A stretch of 63,986 nucleotides of DNA, filler included, from Reticulomyxa filosa (GCA_000512085.1; 21 parts of 21 records of this genome joined end to end with filler, not necessarily neighbours in it); one strand, 5' to 3'; numbered from the whole stretch's first letter, positions 14,081 to 27,800 are shown. Numbers and translations are program-made. Notes: generated by a model from the letters alone, not told the origin.

Positions 14081-14270
14081 TTTGAATTTAGTTTTTTATT
14101 ACATCTTTCCTAATTATTTCAATATTTTATCCTTTATTTTTCTTTTTTTTTTNNNNNNNNNNNNNNNNNNNNNNNNNNNNNNNNNNNNNNNNNNNNTTAA
14201 TTAATTAANNNNNNNNNNNNNNNNNNNNNNNNNNNNNNNNNNNNNNNNNNNNAAAAAAAAAAAAAAACAG

Positions 14271-17200
14271 TTCAAATCTCGTTGGGAGACGGTGTCGAGA
14301 GATGAAGAGCATGTATACGTGGCGACAACAAATGGTATGTTATACTCGTGGAAGATATCAGAGATGAAGGAAAAAGGAAATGAATTTTGGACACAGTTGC
14401 GAAAGCAACAAGCAGACATTCGGAATATTCCCACGATAGTTGGTAGTCAGTGTGGGTCTATTCATGATGGATTTGTGGATCCAGACACTTTAATGACACC
14501 AGGTGAGAAAAGACCTTCGGAAATGCTAACCTCACATTCCAACATGTCTGCCGCTATGCTAAACTCAGGCTCGAGCCCAGCCCCGAGACGTGATCAAAAG
14601 CCTTCTCCCTATCTCACCAACAACAAGAAACGCAAAAGCGTGACCCACGGAGAGCAAAAGTCGTCGTCGATACCGGCGCTCTCGGGCAACTACAGTGCTT
14701 CTTATGAAGAGATTGTGATTGATGACATTGCAGCAGAGGCCAGAAAGGGACAAGGACTGGATTACAAAAGCGAAGACGTGGAAGACTATGAAGATATCAT
14801 TGAAGTGGTGGACGACGACTATGACGACAATGATGGCCATGGCGAAGTCTTGTCTGATTTCGATGATAACCTTTTGATGATTCGACCCGAAGATGAAGTT
14901 ACCGCAAGCGCAATGAAGATCACCAGTGCTGGAGTGTTGTTATGTTTTGGCTACCGTTGAGTAAAACTGTCCTCTTGCACTTTGAAGATTTGCTTGTTTT
15001 TATACAAATGAATAAATAAAATAAATAACACGTTTAGGAAATGGCGAGATTTATGTGTACAACATATCGGAAGGAGAGCCAGTCATGGAAATTCATACTC
15101 GATTATCAAAAGTAACCAGTTTGCTATTGCTCTGCTCGGATCCCAAACAAATAGGAGTTGGAGATGGAGTCTTGTTTGTTGGATATATTGATGGCTTTGT
15201 TGAAGCATTCAATGCCAAGTTTGCTGGTTTATTTGTTGTTTGATTTTCCTAATCTTTTTTTTTTTTGTTCGAATCCTGATCATATCTAAGTCAATTGCAA
15301 CACATAGAACCGGTGAAGTCATGCTGTCGAGACAATGCCATTTGGCAGCAGTTGATCGTATTATTTCGTTTGACCAAGATTACTACGTATTTTCCATTGG
15401 CAAGGACTGCGCGTTTTGTTCGTTTTTGGTATATTCGCAGCTGGTGACGATGAAGTCGATTCAAGACATACTCAGTGAAGATGACGAATTCGTGCGCGTG
15501 AATTGGTATCGCGGACACTCGGCACCTATCGCTCATTTGTATCGCAACTCTTGGTGTTTAATCAGCGACTTTGTCGTGGTGCAACTGTACAATGGCGAGG
15601 TTGTCGTATGGTGCGTGTCCACCGCGCAATTGGAAAGGCGATTCAAGAGCATCGACGGAATGTTGTTCATGAAAGATCAAATGCTGCCGTTGTGCAATCG
15701 AAGACCTGATCTGCCGCACCTGACCAAAAATGAAAAGGTATTTTCCCTTACAACAAGGGGAGGAGGGGAGGGGGGAGGGAAGGAGCATATGGAATGAACA
15801 AACTGATATATAATTGACATTGCAAATTTAATAGGAAATCTACGATTTGAATCGCCAACCCCATTTGAATTGTAACATAATGGTCGTCGACGTTCGAATG
15901 TTAGGAGATGTGACTCTGACTCGGCAATACGCTGCGGATGCGCACAACAATAGCAATAACAACGGCAATAATAATAACGTGCGAGACACGTTATTGGAAT
16001 ACGAGGACTTGCTTTCATTGGCGGCGAGCTCCAGAAGTGAAGAGAGCCATATGCTGAACAATGAAAAGGAAGTGTCCAGATTGAGCGACATGCTGTCGCT
16101 GTTATTGGATTGGGGAGTAAAGCCAGAATTGGAGCAGCTGTTTTTAACCAAATTTCGGTCGTTGATAACAGACATTGCTCCTTGCTACGGATTCTGTGGA
16201 GACTTTGAGAGCATGACGTTGCTGTTCCCAATTGCGTCGACGATGGGCGGACGTTGGCGAATCCAACCCAAAGTCACTGCCATTTATATGCTGGCAATCA
16301 ATACCATTTGCATGTGGTTGATGCAGTGTGTGCCACAAGACAAGCTTGCAGTATGTTCGAGTCTGATCTCATACTACCACTTGGAGCTTCCCGATCAATT
16401 GCATGGATTTGTGGAGCCGTCGAGGAATACAATGGCCAGATATTGTCTGAACAGCATCACCGAGGTCCGGTCTGCTGGACGCATGTTGCTGCAAGGCATT
16501 GTTGCGAGAATGACAGACGACATGCGCGATATGCTCATTCGCAAATGGAAAAAACGCTTTTGCATTCCTCATCATCGAAACGCTCCTTCGTTGGATGGCG
16601 TGTATACTCATGCTCGTGTAGGGAGCGAATACTTTGCGTCGGAATCGCTGACCACGGCCATTTCCCCACATACCTCTTCCCAAGTGAAACCCAAAGACAA
16701 GGCCAATGCAAACATAGGCAACAATTCCATGTTTTCCAATAGCAAAAATGCCGTGTCGACCAAACCCCCGCTCAATTCCAATCGAAGTTTATCTTTGATT
16801 AGTGACTCGCAACATCATTTGATCAACGGCAAAGACGACGATGACAACGACAAAGCTGCACGTAAGAAAGCGGCGTCCGAAGATGACTTGCATGACGACG
16901 ATGAAGACGATCACGAGGTTGGCAAAGCAAAAGCAAAGGGAAAAAAGAAATCGAAAGCAAAAAGAAAAGAGAAGACTCCAAATGTCAATGGAAACGCAAA
17001 GGGGGAAGTTGGGGATGACAACGACGACGATGAAGTAGACGAAGAAGAGCAAAAGAAAGAAGTGGGAGCCGAAGAAGAAGAAGAAGAAGAAGAAGAAAGC
17101 CTGAAACGCGGCGTAGGAGGCCTTATGTCTTCCGCTTCCAACTCACAATTATCATCCTTGGCTGCCATGTCGATTTCCGAATTGCAAGGAGAGGACAATA

Positions 17201-18469
17201 ATATGGACGAGGAAACATTCATTCCGGCGTTAACTGCTGGACTGGCTGTGAATGGCGTACTTGTCAATAAATATGGAAAAGTGCCGTTGTCTGTTTTGCT
17301 CGGCGCTGTTGTCATTTGCATTATTCATGGGTTACAGCGCAATCCTATTGAAGACCTTGTCGCCACTAGCGTTATTAATACTTTGGTCAGTGTTTTGAAA
17401 GAACAGGTATTCTCTCCTTTTCTCTCTTTTTCTTTTCATCCGTTTGTGAAGTGAAATACACAAATGCAACTGGACGTTATTCCTTGAATTAGGTGCATCA
17501 TAATAGTGACATGGTCAAACAATCTCTGGCGTGTGATTATTTGGGCAAGGTGATATCTTCGTGGTATGCTTTCATCCCGGACATTGATGAAGTACTTGGT
17601 CTGTTGTTAGATTTGAAGGTTAGTGAATTTCAATTGCTATCCAAATCGGCAACCAAAGCACTCTTCCAGGCTGGCAGTGCCATCCCTCAATCATTTGTCA
17701 AATGCATGGGAAAACAAGCATTAATGATCAGCAAGCGAAACCGCCACGGTCAAGCTTTGGCATCGATCGTTTATCTCGTTGAAAAAAATCCTATCGTTTT
17801 ATACAAACATTTGCCACGTTACTTTTGTATTTGCGTTTGTTCGCTAGAATAATTCAATTGTTTCTTTGTTTGTCTAAATGAAAGAGAGTGGAAATACATA
17901 CATGCATAAATACATACATTGCAGTGACTGTTTCCACCATAATTCGATGCTTGGATCCATCCGCTCCACGTCGTCGAAAAGCTTTACTACAAGCAACCAC
18001 AGCCTCTTTACATACACTAGTCCAAAAATTTCCAAATGTTGCATTCCATCAAGAAACACAACATTTTGCTGTTGGTACTGGTCAAAATCGAGAGAATTCC
18101 ATTTTAATTTATGACTTGAGAACCACCACTCGCTGGAAAACTTTAAAAGGACATACTGGGGCAATTACAGCAATTGAATTCAACAAAAATGGCGAATATC
18201 TTGCCAGTTATAGTCCTTTTGAAAATCCACCGACTTTGAGATGTTGGTACGTTGGAAGTGGTGGCATTTTGAACAACTTTCTCAGTTTTGGTTCTGGGCT
18301 TGTCAGTGGAAAATGTACTAAAGTATGTACCATGCCTCTAATTGCAAGCAATTCGACTGTGGATCATCTTGGCAATACTTTTATTGCATGGGATGTGCAA
18401 AAGCAAGGAAGTGTTAAACTCCAAAGGGAAGATTGTTCTGTGCAGTATTTCACAGTCGCTTCAAAATAA
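14271..18469 (+). CDS. WDR7: WDR7/WDR72 (rabconnectin-3 beta)-like protein, multi-exon, 5'-truncated
   Basis: N-terminal WD elements (YRGHSAPIAHL), middle MARYCLNSITEVRSAGRMLLQGIVARM, and C-terminal IIRCLDPS...FPNVAFHQETQHFAVGT...IYDLRT..RWKTLKGHTGAITAIEF...GEYLASYS, as in WDR7. GT-AG introns link the ORFs. Confidence 0.82.
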
Positions 18470-19494
18470 GTATTTAAAATCCAACCACATAACTCCTTTT
18501 TCCACTTACTTTCATTATGTCTTGGTATGTGTGGAGATTTTTGTTGTTTGTCCACACTGTTAACACTTGTTTTTTGTTTTGTGCAGATTCAGTTAATTTT
18601 TGTTCCTTGCGACGATCTTCTTTCTTTTTGTTTTTTTTTTTGCAATCACAGTTATATTTGATCAAGAACTGCAAAAAAAAATTGAATGTAAGTATCATTC
18701 ACAAAATTCATGACACATTTTGTGCAAGTTGAGAACTTCAGTACACATAAAATTACAATAAACATTTTACACTTATTCATCAAAATTACACTTTTATTTT
18801 TAAAAAACTTTGAACTTGTTGCCAACACGAAAGTACTTTTTACTGCAACACTTTTAGAATTTTTTGCATTTAGATGAATAAGTCTTCGAACGATATATTT
18901 TTCCAAAAATTTTTTTTTGCACTATGATCTGTTCAAACATAACAAACTTGTTTGTTAAAACATAAAAAAAATAAAAAAAAACATTATTTTCACAAAAGAT
19001 CAGACAAACGCATCAGATTTGTCACCGTTGCTACTAATAATAGTAGCAAAATCCATTTACAACAAAAAACCATCATTTTATTATTAATTTTTTTTTTTTT
19101 TTACATACCATTTACTGTTTAGCACCAGGCAACCGACTGCGTTTTTGCGACTGTTTTTTTTTTGTCGCATTTTGATCTCTTAAAAAAATTCACAAGCAGT
19201 CGGTGTATTTTTCACCAACAAAAAGAAAACAAAACAAACAAAATACACTTAGTAAAACAAAGCAAAAAACGACTAAAATTTCTTGAACTTTTCGTTTCCC
19301 TTTGTTAAAAAAGGGAAAACTAAAAGAACATACAACAAATGTATTTTGAACAAAAAAAACTTTTTAAAGATAACTTATTTTTTACCTTCTTCTGTATGGC
19401 AAAATTACTTTGCGTAATCAAATTCTTTAACTCCAAGTTTTTTATAGTTTGTGGTCCTTGAATCAAGTATAATTCATTCCAAGAAAAAAAGGTA

Positions 19495-21438
19495 ATGTGG
19501 CATGATTTGTGTTTGTTAATCCTTGCGCGGTTCTTGGCAGTGATCTTGGCAGATGTTCCGGAATATGGGTACTACGACTTGGACGGGTGTTTTAACGACA
19601 CGATGTGGGAGCACTGGAACGTGTCGTATTCAAAAGAAAATAAGGTGGAATTGCCGGTAACGGACATATACCAAATTGTGGGATATTTTCCAGAATTCAA
19701 CGAACAGCGCATATATTTTTTTGGTGGTTACTCGTATCCGAAAAAGCATTATTACTTTGATATAGTGTATCAAAATTTTACAATGTTACAAGACCTGTCA
19801 ACGTCAGTGCGGGGGACTTCGTATGTAACCTGGAATGAAACGTTGTATTTTTTCAATCACATAGACAGTTCGCTTTACAGTTATAATATAAGGACTGGAT
19901 CCTTAGTAAATCTGCTAACTCCGTCAACTGAGATATCGTTTTATTTCAATTGTCTGTGTTTTGACACATTCAATGGGTCAGTAATTTCAATCGGAGGATA
20001 TTACAATACTGACAAATTGGGAAATGCTATTCCATACGTATACTCCACCACCGAAAGCAAATGGTCACAAAATGCAACTTTACTTCCGGCACTCCATACA
20101 CAGCGCTTTCATCACACATGTCAATATCATCCCTATTGGGATGCTATTTATGTATTTGGAGGAATCAACAACGAAGTTTATCTCACGGCGAGTGAATTGT
20201 CCCACTTCGTGGAATCCACCATGGAAGTTTATTACTTTGACGAGCAAAAGTGGTATGTCGTTCATCCTGAGGATAGTCTGCCCAAGTTTACTGGATTGGC
20301 ATGGCTGCAATCCATCTTTTATCAAAACCGCTTGTTTTTTTTAGGTGGTGTTTCCTTCGTTGACAATGGTACTTATAGCATTAACAACTATCCAAAACCT
20401 CTGACCGTTGGCCATTTTAAACTTCAAAGTAATGTTTCCAGCGCTTGCAATACCTCTTTTAGTACTCGAAACATTACGCTTGCCACATCAAGGTTTTTTT
20501 TTTAAAAAAAAAAAAAAAGAGCCACATTTTTTATGTTTTGACAAAAAAAAAAATTTAGGTACAATTTTCATCTCGTATATGCCGTCGAATATGATAAATT
20601 ATTTATGATCGGGGGAATGGATGCGGACAATACAATTGTCACTACAATTGAATACACTTATTTCAATCACTCTCAAATAGACAATCCCTCTATTCCAGAC
20701 ACCACGTCTACAACAACGGATGCGTCTTCCAATTCCGATTCTTCTTATGATTTTAATGATACTGAAATCATTCTAATTGTTGTCTTGGCTATGCTGCTTC
20801 TTATTTTTATCGCGTTGTCTCGTTGCTATCGCCAGATAAGCAAGGCTGACAGTGGTAATGTAACATCAGGTGCCGTCATCCACAGAATGCAGCACAAAGA
20901 TTTAAATAGAACTAACGAGAAACAGCACACGAATCACAAGACTCACAAAAATGACGAGAATGGCGAGAATGATGAAAATGATGAGAATGACAAGAAACAC
21001 AAGAAGAAACGTAAAGACAAGGATGACGAGGGTGATGAAGATAATGAAAATGATAAGGATGATGAAAATAAGAAAAATAAGAAGAAGCGCAAAGACGAGG
21101 ATGATGAAGGTGATGAAGATGATGAAAATGATGAGAATGATGAGAATGATGAGAATGATGAGAATGATGAAAATAACAAGAAACATAAGAAGAAAAGCAA
21201 AGACAAGAACGATAAGAAATATAAGAAAAAAACCAAAGGCAAAGATGAAGACGACGACGAAAACGAGAAAGACAATGACAAAGACGAGGAAGAAAACAAC
21301 GATGAAAACGAGGAAGAAGGCGATGATGAAGATGAGGAAAGCGGTAGCAATCAGAAGACGAAAAAGAAGAATCAGTACAAGAGAAGAAAAGAAACTCCTC
21401 CTGATTTGAATGAATTTCCAACCATTCAACTTGTGTAA
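19495..21438 (+). CDS. Type I membrane protein: signal peptide, Kelch-like beta-propeller ectodomain, TM helix and K/D/E-rich tail; intron 20493-20558
   Basis: Signal-like MWHDLCLLILARFLAVILA. Kelch GG motifs IYFFGG, VISIGG, IYVFGG, LFFLGG and LFMIGG (the last restored by splicing). Many N-x-S/T sequons. TM IILIVVLAMLLLIFIAL. Confidence 0.82.
21121..21174 (+). repeat. Coding 9-bp tandem repeat (GATGARAAT)x6, encoding (DEN)6
   Basis: Read directly from the sequence. Confidence 0.9.
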
Positions 21439-21913
21439 ATCATATGTCTTTTAAAGTAATTTTTTGTCACCCTTTGCATTTTCATCTTTCATAATCTTCC
21501 AAAAAAATTTAAAAAAAAGAAAAGTGTATTTTCACACTGTTTTCAATATATTTTTTTTTTTGCATTCTATTTTCTTCTGCTTGTTGTGTTTTAATATTGT
21601 CGTATGCAAGTTCAAAAATCTTCTTAACGTTCGAAAAAGAAGGTTCGGTGTAATTCAAAATTGAGTCTTTAGCATTATGTTTTTGTAGTGAGAATACATC
21701 GGATATTTAATATCCCTTTTTTTATGTTCATATTTTGATTGTTTTCGTGTATGAATTATTATTCATATCAACAATGGCAATGTTCAAAAAACCTTGCTTG
21801 TTAGGGGCTAAGTTGCTCATTACTCTGTTAACTAAAGAAAATATGTTATCCTAAACACAAAAAGGGTTAGTTGGTTACTAGAGCAATACTAAAAACACCA
21901 AAAGATCAGTTCT

Positions 21914-23127
21914 TTATTGCTCCAAGTCTTTTGCATCTAGCAAATTCAAACTTTTTAATTTTTTGTACATACTAATCATTTCATCCATGCCTTCACTAAT
22001 GCTTGTGACTTTAGGAATTTTGGACGAATCTTGATCAAACAATTGCAACAAGTTGTGTTGTTCCATTCGATCTGGCAAAGGTAATTCGTTTGCATTCTTA
22101 TGAATGGAAATCCATTTTTTACTTTCCGGCAATTTTTCAAACAACAATTGTAAAAAGTCTTCCACAGACATGGTGTTTCCACTGATGTTGCAAGTAAACG
22201 CGCCATGTTTGTGCTCTAACAAATGAGCACATTCTACAAACAATTTGGCGATGTCCTTGACATAGTGAAACAAGGTTGTTCCTCGATAGCGAATTTGAAA
22301 AGGAACATTTTGCAAAACTGTTGCCTTTATAGCCTTACTGACATCGCTGGTCATTCCTAAAAAAAAAAAATGGACAAACGGTTGCAATTACGTGAACAAA
22401 TTATTAGCATACATGCATATACATACATATACAAACCTACTTCCCGACCAACTCCATAAACAGTCAAAGGACGCAATCCAATGCTACTAATGCCATGATC
22501 CAAATAATAGACTTTTGCATTTCCTTCATTACACAACTTAAAGTATCCATAATGGGTGAGTGGACGATGCACATCGTCGTCTTTCGCACAGCCATCTTTG
22601 TAGTCTGCCTTTGGTCCGCAAACACCAGCACTGCTCGCATAGACAATCCCAAAGATTTTTTGCTTATTATCGGACTTATGTTTTTCATTATATTTGCGAA
22701 CACACTCAAAAAGGTTCAGTGTTCCCAGCACGTTCACCTGTGCTCCCAATATTGGATTGCTTCGACAGGTTGGAATTTGCAATGCCGCCAAATGGATTAC
22801 TACGTGTGGATTGTACGTTGCCAAAATGTCTTCGCATTGTTTTATATCACACACATCCAATGTCTTGCGAACAATCGACTGAAGTCGCTTCTTTTCCATT
22901 TCATCGCCAATTAATACTTGGCTCGCAATATGATCGTCTAACTTCGCATCCGTTGCTATTATATTTTTTGGATCGGTCACATGATCATCCAATAAACACT
23001 TTATTATCCATGATCCTATGAATCCTTCCGCACCGGTTATTAAGTAGCGTAAATTCTTGTTTTTTTTGTTAGTTGTGATATGATCGCACTTCCTTCGTCG
23101 CTCTGACGTAAACAAACACGTAAACAT
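21914..23127 (-). CDS. NAD-dependent epimerase/dehydratase (extended SDR), intron ~22358-22436
   Basis: LITGAEGFIGSW (GxxGxxG), HLAALQIP, VNVLGTLNLFE, VYASSAGV, catalytic YGYFK, LRPLTVYGVGREV-G-MTS across the intron, YVKDIA. Exact start is uncertain. Confidence 0.92.
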
Positions 23128-23671
23128 CTTTTGAATTTTTTAACTTCTGGACATTTTCGTTTGCGATTAGCCTTGGTATTGTCTGTTGAAAGGCTTGTCA
23201 TTGGACTTATTGATAGGGTTAATTATTACTCCCTGCAAGATTTTTTTTAAAAAATATGTGTAAGGTGTACTCTGTCCCCTAACTTCGAAAAGCGCAATAA
23301 AAGGAAAAGGCAAGATAAGTTTGGAGGAGAAGGAAAGTGATGAAAAAAAAAAAAGTGATAAGTTTGAGCATATGAGAGACGCAAGTAAAAACTGCGAAGC
23401 GTGCAGTGTGCTGTCGGATGATGTACGGCTGACAAATGTGAACCTAAGAAACAAGACGACGAACAAAGCAAGCGAATCAAGCACAAAAACTTCAACAACA
23501 ACAACGAAGAAACAAAACAAAACAAAAAAAAACAATTTCAAAACAAGGCGCAAAAGTAAAGTTTACACAGACACAAACATTCAGCAAATGCGTAAAGTTT
23601 GGAAAAAGAGAGAAATATGAGGCGTGTATATGCATGGTGAAACAATGTAAAGAAGAAGAAGAGGAAAAGGA

Positions 23672-24382
23672 TTAAGATTGATGTTTGACAGGACTAAGAC
23701 CAATGTTATGTTGACTCCGCAATGATTCCAGTTCCTCTACTTTCAATCGCAAGTGCAGTTTTTCATCGGTCATTTTAGTGAGGAGTTCGGTTAAGTGATC
23801 GCATCGTTTGATCGCCTTTGCTAACTGGTGATCGCTTTCGGCCCAGTGTTCTTTTTCTTTTTCCAAGCGCAGGATCTGCGTTCGCATTTGGGTACAATCG
23901 TGTCGCAATTGGGCGACCTGTTGCGAGCGATGGTCGTTGAGGTCGGCAGAGGACGTGCGTTTATGTGTGGACACGTGATCTTTGGCTTTGTTGTCATTGT
24001 TGTTATTGCCAACCAAAGAGGTAGGGGTTTGAGAATTGGGTTTGGATGAATCGGAGGTGGTGGAAGTAGAGGATTGATATTTACGCTCCTTTTCCTCTTG
24101 CTCTTTTTCGTGGTCTATGTCTATTTCCACTTCCACTTCTTCTTCATCATCCCCTTTACCATCCATTGTATCAATGGCGTCGTCCAAATCGAGCGAGTCC
24201 ATGCCATGTTCCTGGTCGTGGAAGTTGTTGATGTCGAGTGGCATGGAAGCATCTCGTGGCGTGTCGCTCATCATCTCTTCGATGGGCAGCATGTTCGATG
24301 TCAAGTACTTGCCATTCACCAATGACCGCGACTTGTGATGTTTGTGACGAAGGACGGCACTCGGCGGCGACGCAGGTGGCAA
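23672..24382 (-). CDS. C-terminal exon of a hypothetical low-complexity/coiled-coil protein (5'-truncated)
   Basis: 236-aa ORF with coding-like GC, acidic and Ser tracts, and a heptad-like C-terminus. Confidence 0.6.
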   Translation of the reverse strand: MPPASPPSAVLRHKHHKSRSLVNGKYLTSNMLPIEEMMSDTPRDASMPLDINNFHDQEHGMDSLDLDDAIDTMDGKGDDEEEVEVEIDIDHEKEQEEKERKYQSSTSTTSDSSKPNSQTPTSLVGNNNNDNKAKDHVSTHKRTSSADLNDHRSQQVAQLRHDCTQMRTQILRLEKEKEHWAESDHQLAKAIKRCDHLTELLTKMTDEKLHLRLKVEELESLRSQHNIGLSPVKHQS

Positions 24383-24499
24383 TACATTGTTTTTTTTTTN
24401 NNNNNNNNNNNNNNNNNNNNNNNNNNNNNNNNNNNNNNNNNNNTTAATTAATTAANNNNNNNNNNNNNNNNNNNNNNNNNNNNNNNNNNNNNNNNNNNN

Positions 24500-24930
24500 T
24501 CAAAGGACATACAGATTATGTGAGAAGTGTAAAATATGGATCAAATGAATTATTAAATACAATATTATCTGGATCATCTGATAATAGTGTTCGTATGTGG
24601 GATATTCGATCTGGTGAACAAATTCAAATGTTCTATGGACATACAAATACTGTGTATGCTGTCGAATATTCACCATTTGTAATAAAGAATAGTATTGTCA
24701 ATTCAAATGTGATATGTTCTGGATCAAGGGATAATACAACTCGTTTTTGGGATATTCGATCAAATAAGAATGAATTGTATATGATCAAAGGAGATGATGA
24801 AGAAGATCGTGGAATATTTTGTCTTAAATTTATTGTATTTAAAAAAAAAGAGAAGAGGATAAATGTTACATATGACTTGAATTTGTGCTATGGCTCATGC
24901 AAAGGTCTCGTCCGTATTTGGGGCAATTGA
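24500..24930 (+). CDS. C-terminal fragment of the expanded WD40 family (paralog of 12696-13108)
   Basis: KGHTDYVRSVKYGSNELLNTILSGSSDNSVRMWDIRSG...LNLCYGSCKGLVRIWG. Confidence 0.9.
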
Positions 24931-25529
24931 CTTTTTTGTTGAACAAGAAATGAAAATGTTTTTGTTTGAAAAATTTGATTAAAAGAAAGTATTGTGATAT
25001 TAAATTTGTTTGATTTGATTGAATGCAAGCATTGAAAGATGTGTTCTATCTTACTTTGTCGTTTAAATAAATTTAGAAGCTGCGTTCAATTTTTTTTGAA
25101 GAAAAATAAATAAAAATTGTATCCAAATATGAAACAAATTGTAAAATATTTTAAGAGTTTTTTATAGCATGAACACGGTTATCAGAATATCATTTAAAAA
25201 ATTAAATATTGTCGTTATTATTAAATTTTTTGAAAGAATACGACAATGATATAAAAAATGGAAATGCGTTTTAAATTTGAAAGGCAGACAGCAAAGTAAT
25301 AACAGGTGTTTTGATCAATAAATACCCTTTGAAATGAGTTATAAAAATCTTGCTCCAACCGATTAAAAAAGAAATTATTTGTAGAGCACATTAAATGATT
25401 TTGACTCCAAGTATGTTTGCATTTTTAAAAAGTGCTCCCTTTTTTTGTTAAGCACCTGCTTTCTTTGTTGGCAGTTTCTTTTTCATCAGTTGTTTCATTA
25501 TTATTTGTTTGTTTGGCACAATTTAAGAT

Positions 25530-25800
25530 TTTTAAATGTCCAATGCTATCTTTTCTGTTTTTATTTTAATTATAATATTAATTTCAGCTTTTATAATCAA
25601 TTCAACAATCTCATCGTAATTATTTAATGTCAAGCAATACTATTATTTATATCACGTAAAGGACACACATAATGTAATATCCATTGATATTGCATTGATT
25701 AATGTGATATCATTTTTACACATAGAAGTTGTTTCATTTCTGAAGCAAAATGTAGTGGTGAAGTTCCAACTGTATTCGTTGCCCACAAATTTATTTTAAA
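25530..25800 (-). pseudogene. Degenerate ankyrin-repeat remnant
   Basis: Manual minus-strand translation gives INLWATNTVGTSPLHFASEMKQLLCVKM and NYDEIVELIIKAEINIIIKIKTEKIALDI (ankyrin G.TPLH.A / EIV.LL..GA.IN pattern), interrupted by stops and frameshifts. Confidence 0.55.
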
Positions 25801-26399
25801 AAATAAAAACGAATGAACAAGATAAAAATTCAACTAAAAAACTGAATGTGTAAAAAAAACAAAACAATTTTGTTAACGGAATGGAGGACGCACATGTGTA
25901 TGTGTGATAATAATGATAAAGTGCTTATTTCAGGAAAGCAACATCACCTTGTATGCATTATATACATTATAATTAAAGGATTTGGAAAAAGTCAGTGTGC
26001 TTGTACGCAACAATGACAACGATCAAACCAAGGGAGGAGATTAAAAATATAACTTTGAATTTTTGCGTGTCCTAGCTTTTTTTTGGTAATGTTTAAATTT
26101 AGATCAAAGTGATTTTAGGAAGACATAATTACTTTGTTTAATTAATGGTTCATTAAAAAAAATAGTAAGAAAATATATGCACATTTGATCTTTCTCAAAT
26201 TTGTTGATCTTCCTTTTGTTCATTTACACAAATGTATAGAAATCATCAAGGGCTTATTTTACGTTTTCATCCTTCTATGAGAAGATCAAGTGCAATATTC
26301 AAACGTGAACGAAATTTTGTTTGCAAGATCAAAAATGTTTCCTACTGCAGATGAAAACAAATTACATGGATAGTGAAGATGAATAAAGCAATTCAAAAG

Positions 26400-26610
26400 A
26401 TTTGTTGCGTACACAATTTTCATCAAATGATAAAACGGTTGTATTATCATCAAGTGATAAAACAACTAATTTGTGGAATACAGAATCTAATAAAATGTTG
26501 AAACAATTCAAAAGATATTCTAATCGTGTGATGGTAAATTTATTATTTCTTGTCCATTGGATGATAAAATTCGAATATGGAATATATTGAAAGGACATTC
26601 ACACCATGTG
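26400..26610 (+). pseudogene. Degenerate WD40 remnant
   Basis: RTQFSSNDKTVVLSSSDKTTNLWN..., then frameshifted IISCPLDDKIRIWN.LKGH. Confidence 0.6.
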
Positions 26611-27162
26611 AATGTCTTGCTTGTGAAAATTTTTTTGAGCAAACAAAAAATCAAAATATACCACCATGTTGTTTTATAAGTAATTTTTGTTCATCTTCCA
26701 AACTCTTTTTGTTTCTCTAAATGTTATTTTCATTAATAAATCATTAACATTTTACCAAACTAGTCTCAGTCATATCAACAATTTTACCATATCATTGCTC
26801 TATATTCTAATTTTTTTATCTGCGAAATGAATACAATCAATAAATGCATTATATTCCTTTAATACTTGAATTTGTCTACATTATATACTTAAATAGTGTT
26901 TTTTCTTGAATATGGATAATTTTAGAACTTTTGGTGAAAATTGTATCTTTATATCATCTAATATTTTTCTGATTGTAATGAAATATATATTTCAAAATCA
27001 AATAAATAAAAATTTTATAATAATCTTTTGGTTGATGTGCAACTGAACGTATAAAAAAAAGTATCTGCAATCTTATCTTTCTGTCAAAACAAAATGACAA
27101 ACGTTTGTCACATTTATTTAAACACATGTAATGTCTTTTCAATTCAAAAAAATTTTGTCAAT

Positions 27163-27800
27163 TTAGACAAAAAATTTATCCCCAAACACAAATTCGACCA
27201 TCATTTGAGCCATAATATAAATGAACACCACAATTACCTTTTGATTTTTGTTCATTATATTTACTTTCTTTTTCAATAATAAAAAGTTAAGATATCCTAT
27301 TTCGTTACTTTCTTCAAGCACATATAATCTTTCCTTATTTGATCGAATATCCCAAAAACAAATTGTATTACTAAATGATCCAGAGCATATCACATTTGAA
27401 TTGCCAATATTATTCTTTATTACAAATGGTGAATATGCAATAGCAAATACTTGATCTGAATCCATTGAGTACTTGAATTTGTTCACCAGATCGAATATCC
27501 CACAAACGGATACTTTTATCTGCTGATCCAGATAATATTGTATTTAATAATTCATTTGATCCATATTTTACACTCATAAGCATATATTTATGTTCTTTGA
27601 AAACATCGAATTGTTTGGTTGTTTCAATATCCCATATTCTAATGGTATTATCCCATGATCCAGAACAGAACAAGTTGTATATATTATTATCATTTTCGTT
27701 ATTGCTTTGTAAGCGAAATATCAATACACCAAACAATATGTTTATGTCCATTGAAAACATGTAATGATTTTGATGTTTCAACATCCCATAAACGAATTAT
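27163..27800 (-). pseudogene. Frameshifted member of the expanded WD40 family
   Basis: Family motifs (CSGSWDNTIRIWDIET, SVKYGSNELLNTILSGS, YSPFVIKNNIGNSNVICSGS) are spread over several frames. Confidence 0.85.

Noticed and set aside
20902-21429. Long antisense and alternate-frame ORFs (poly-Ile/Phe, His/Ser, Met/Arg), also at 16911-17321, 36808-37164 and 44703-45047
   Set aside because: They are shadows of low-complexity coding repeats on the real strand and frame.
27163-27800. Alternative genetic code (stop reassignment) explaining broken ORFs
   Set aside because: Conserved genes end at TAA or TGA at expected positions, and the breaks are frameshifts or introns rather than in-frame stops at conserved residues.
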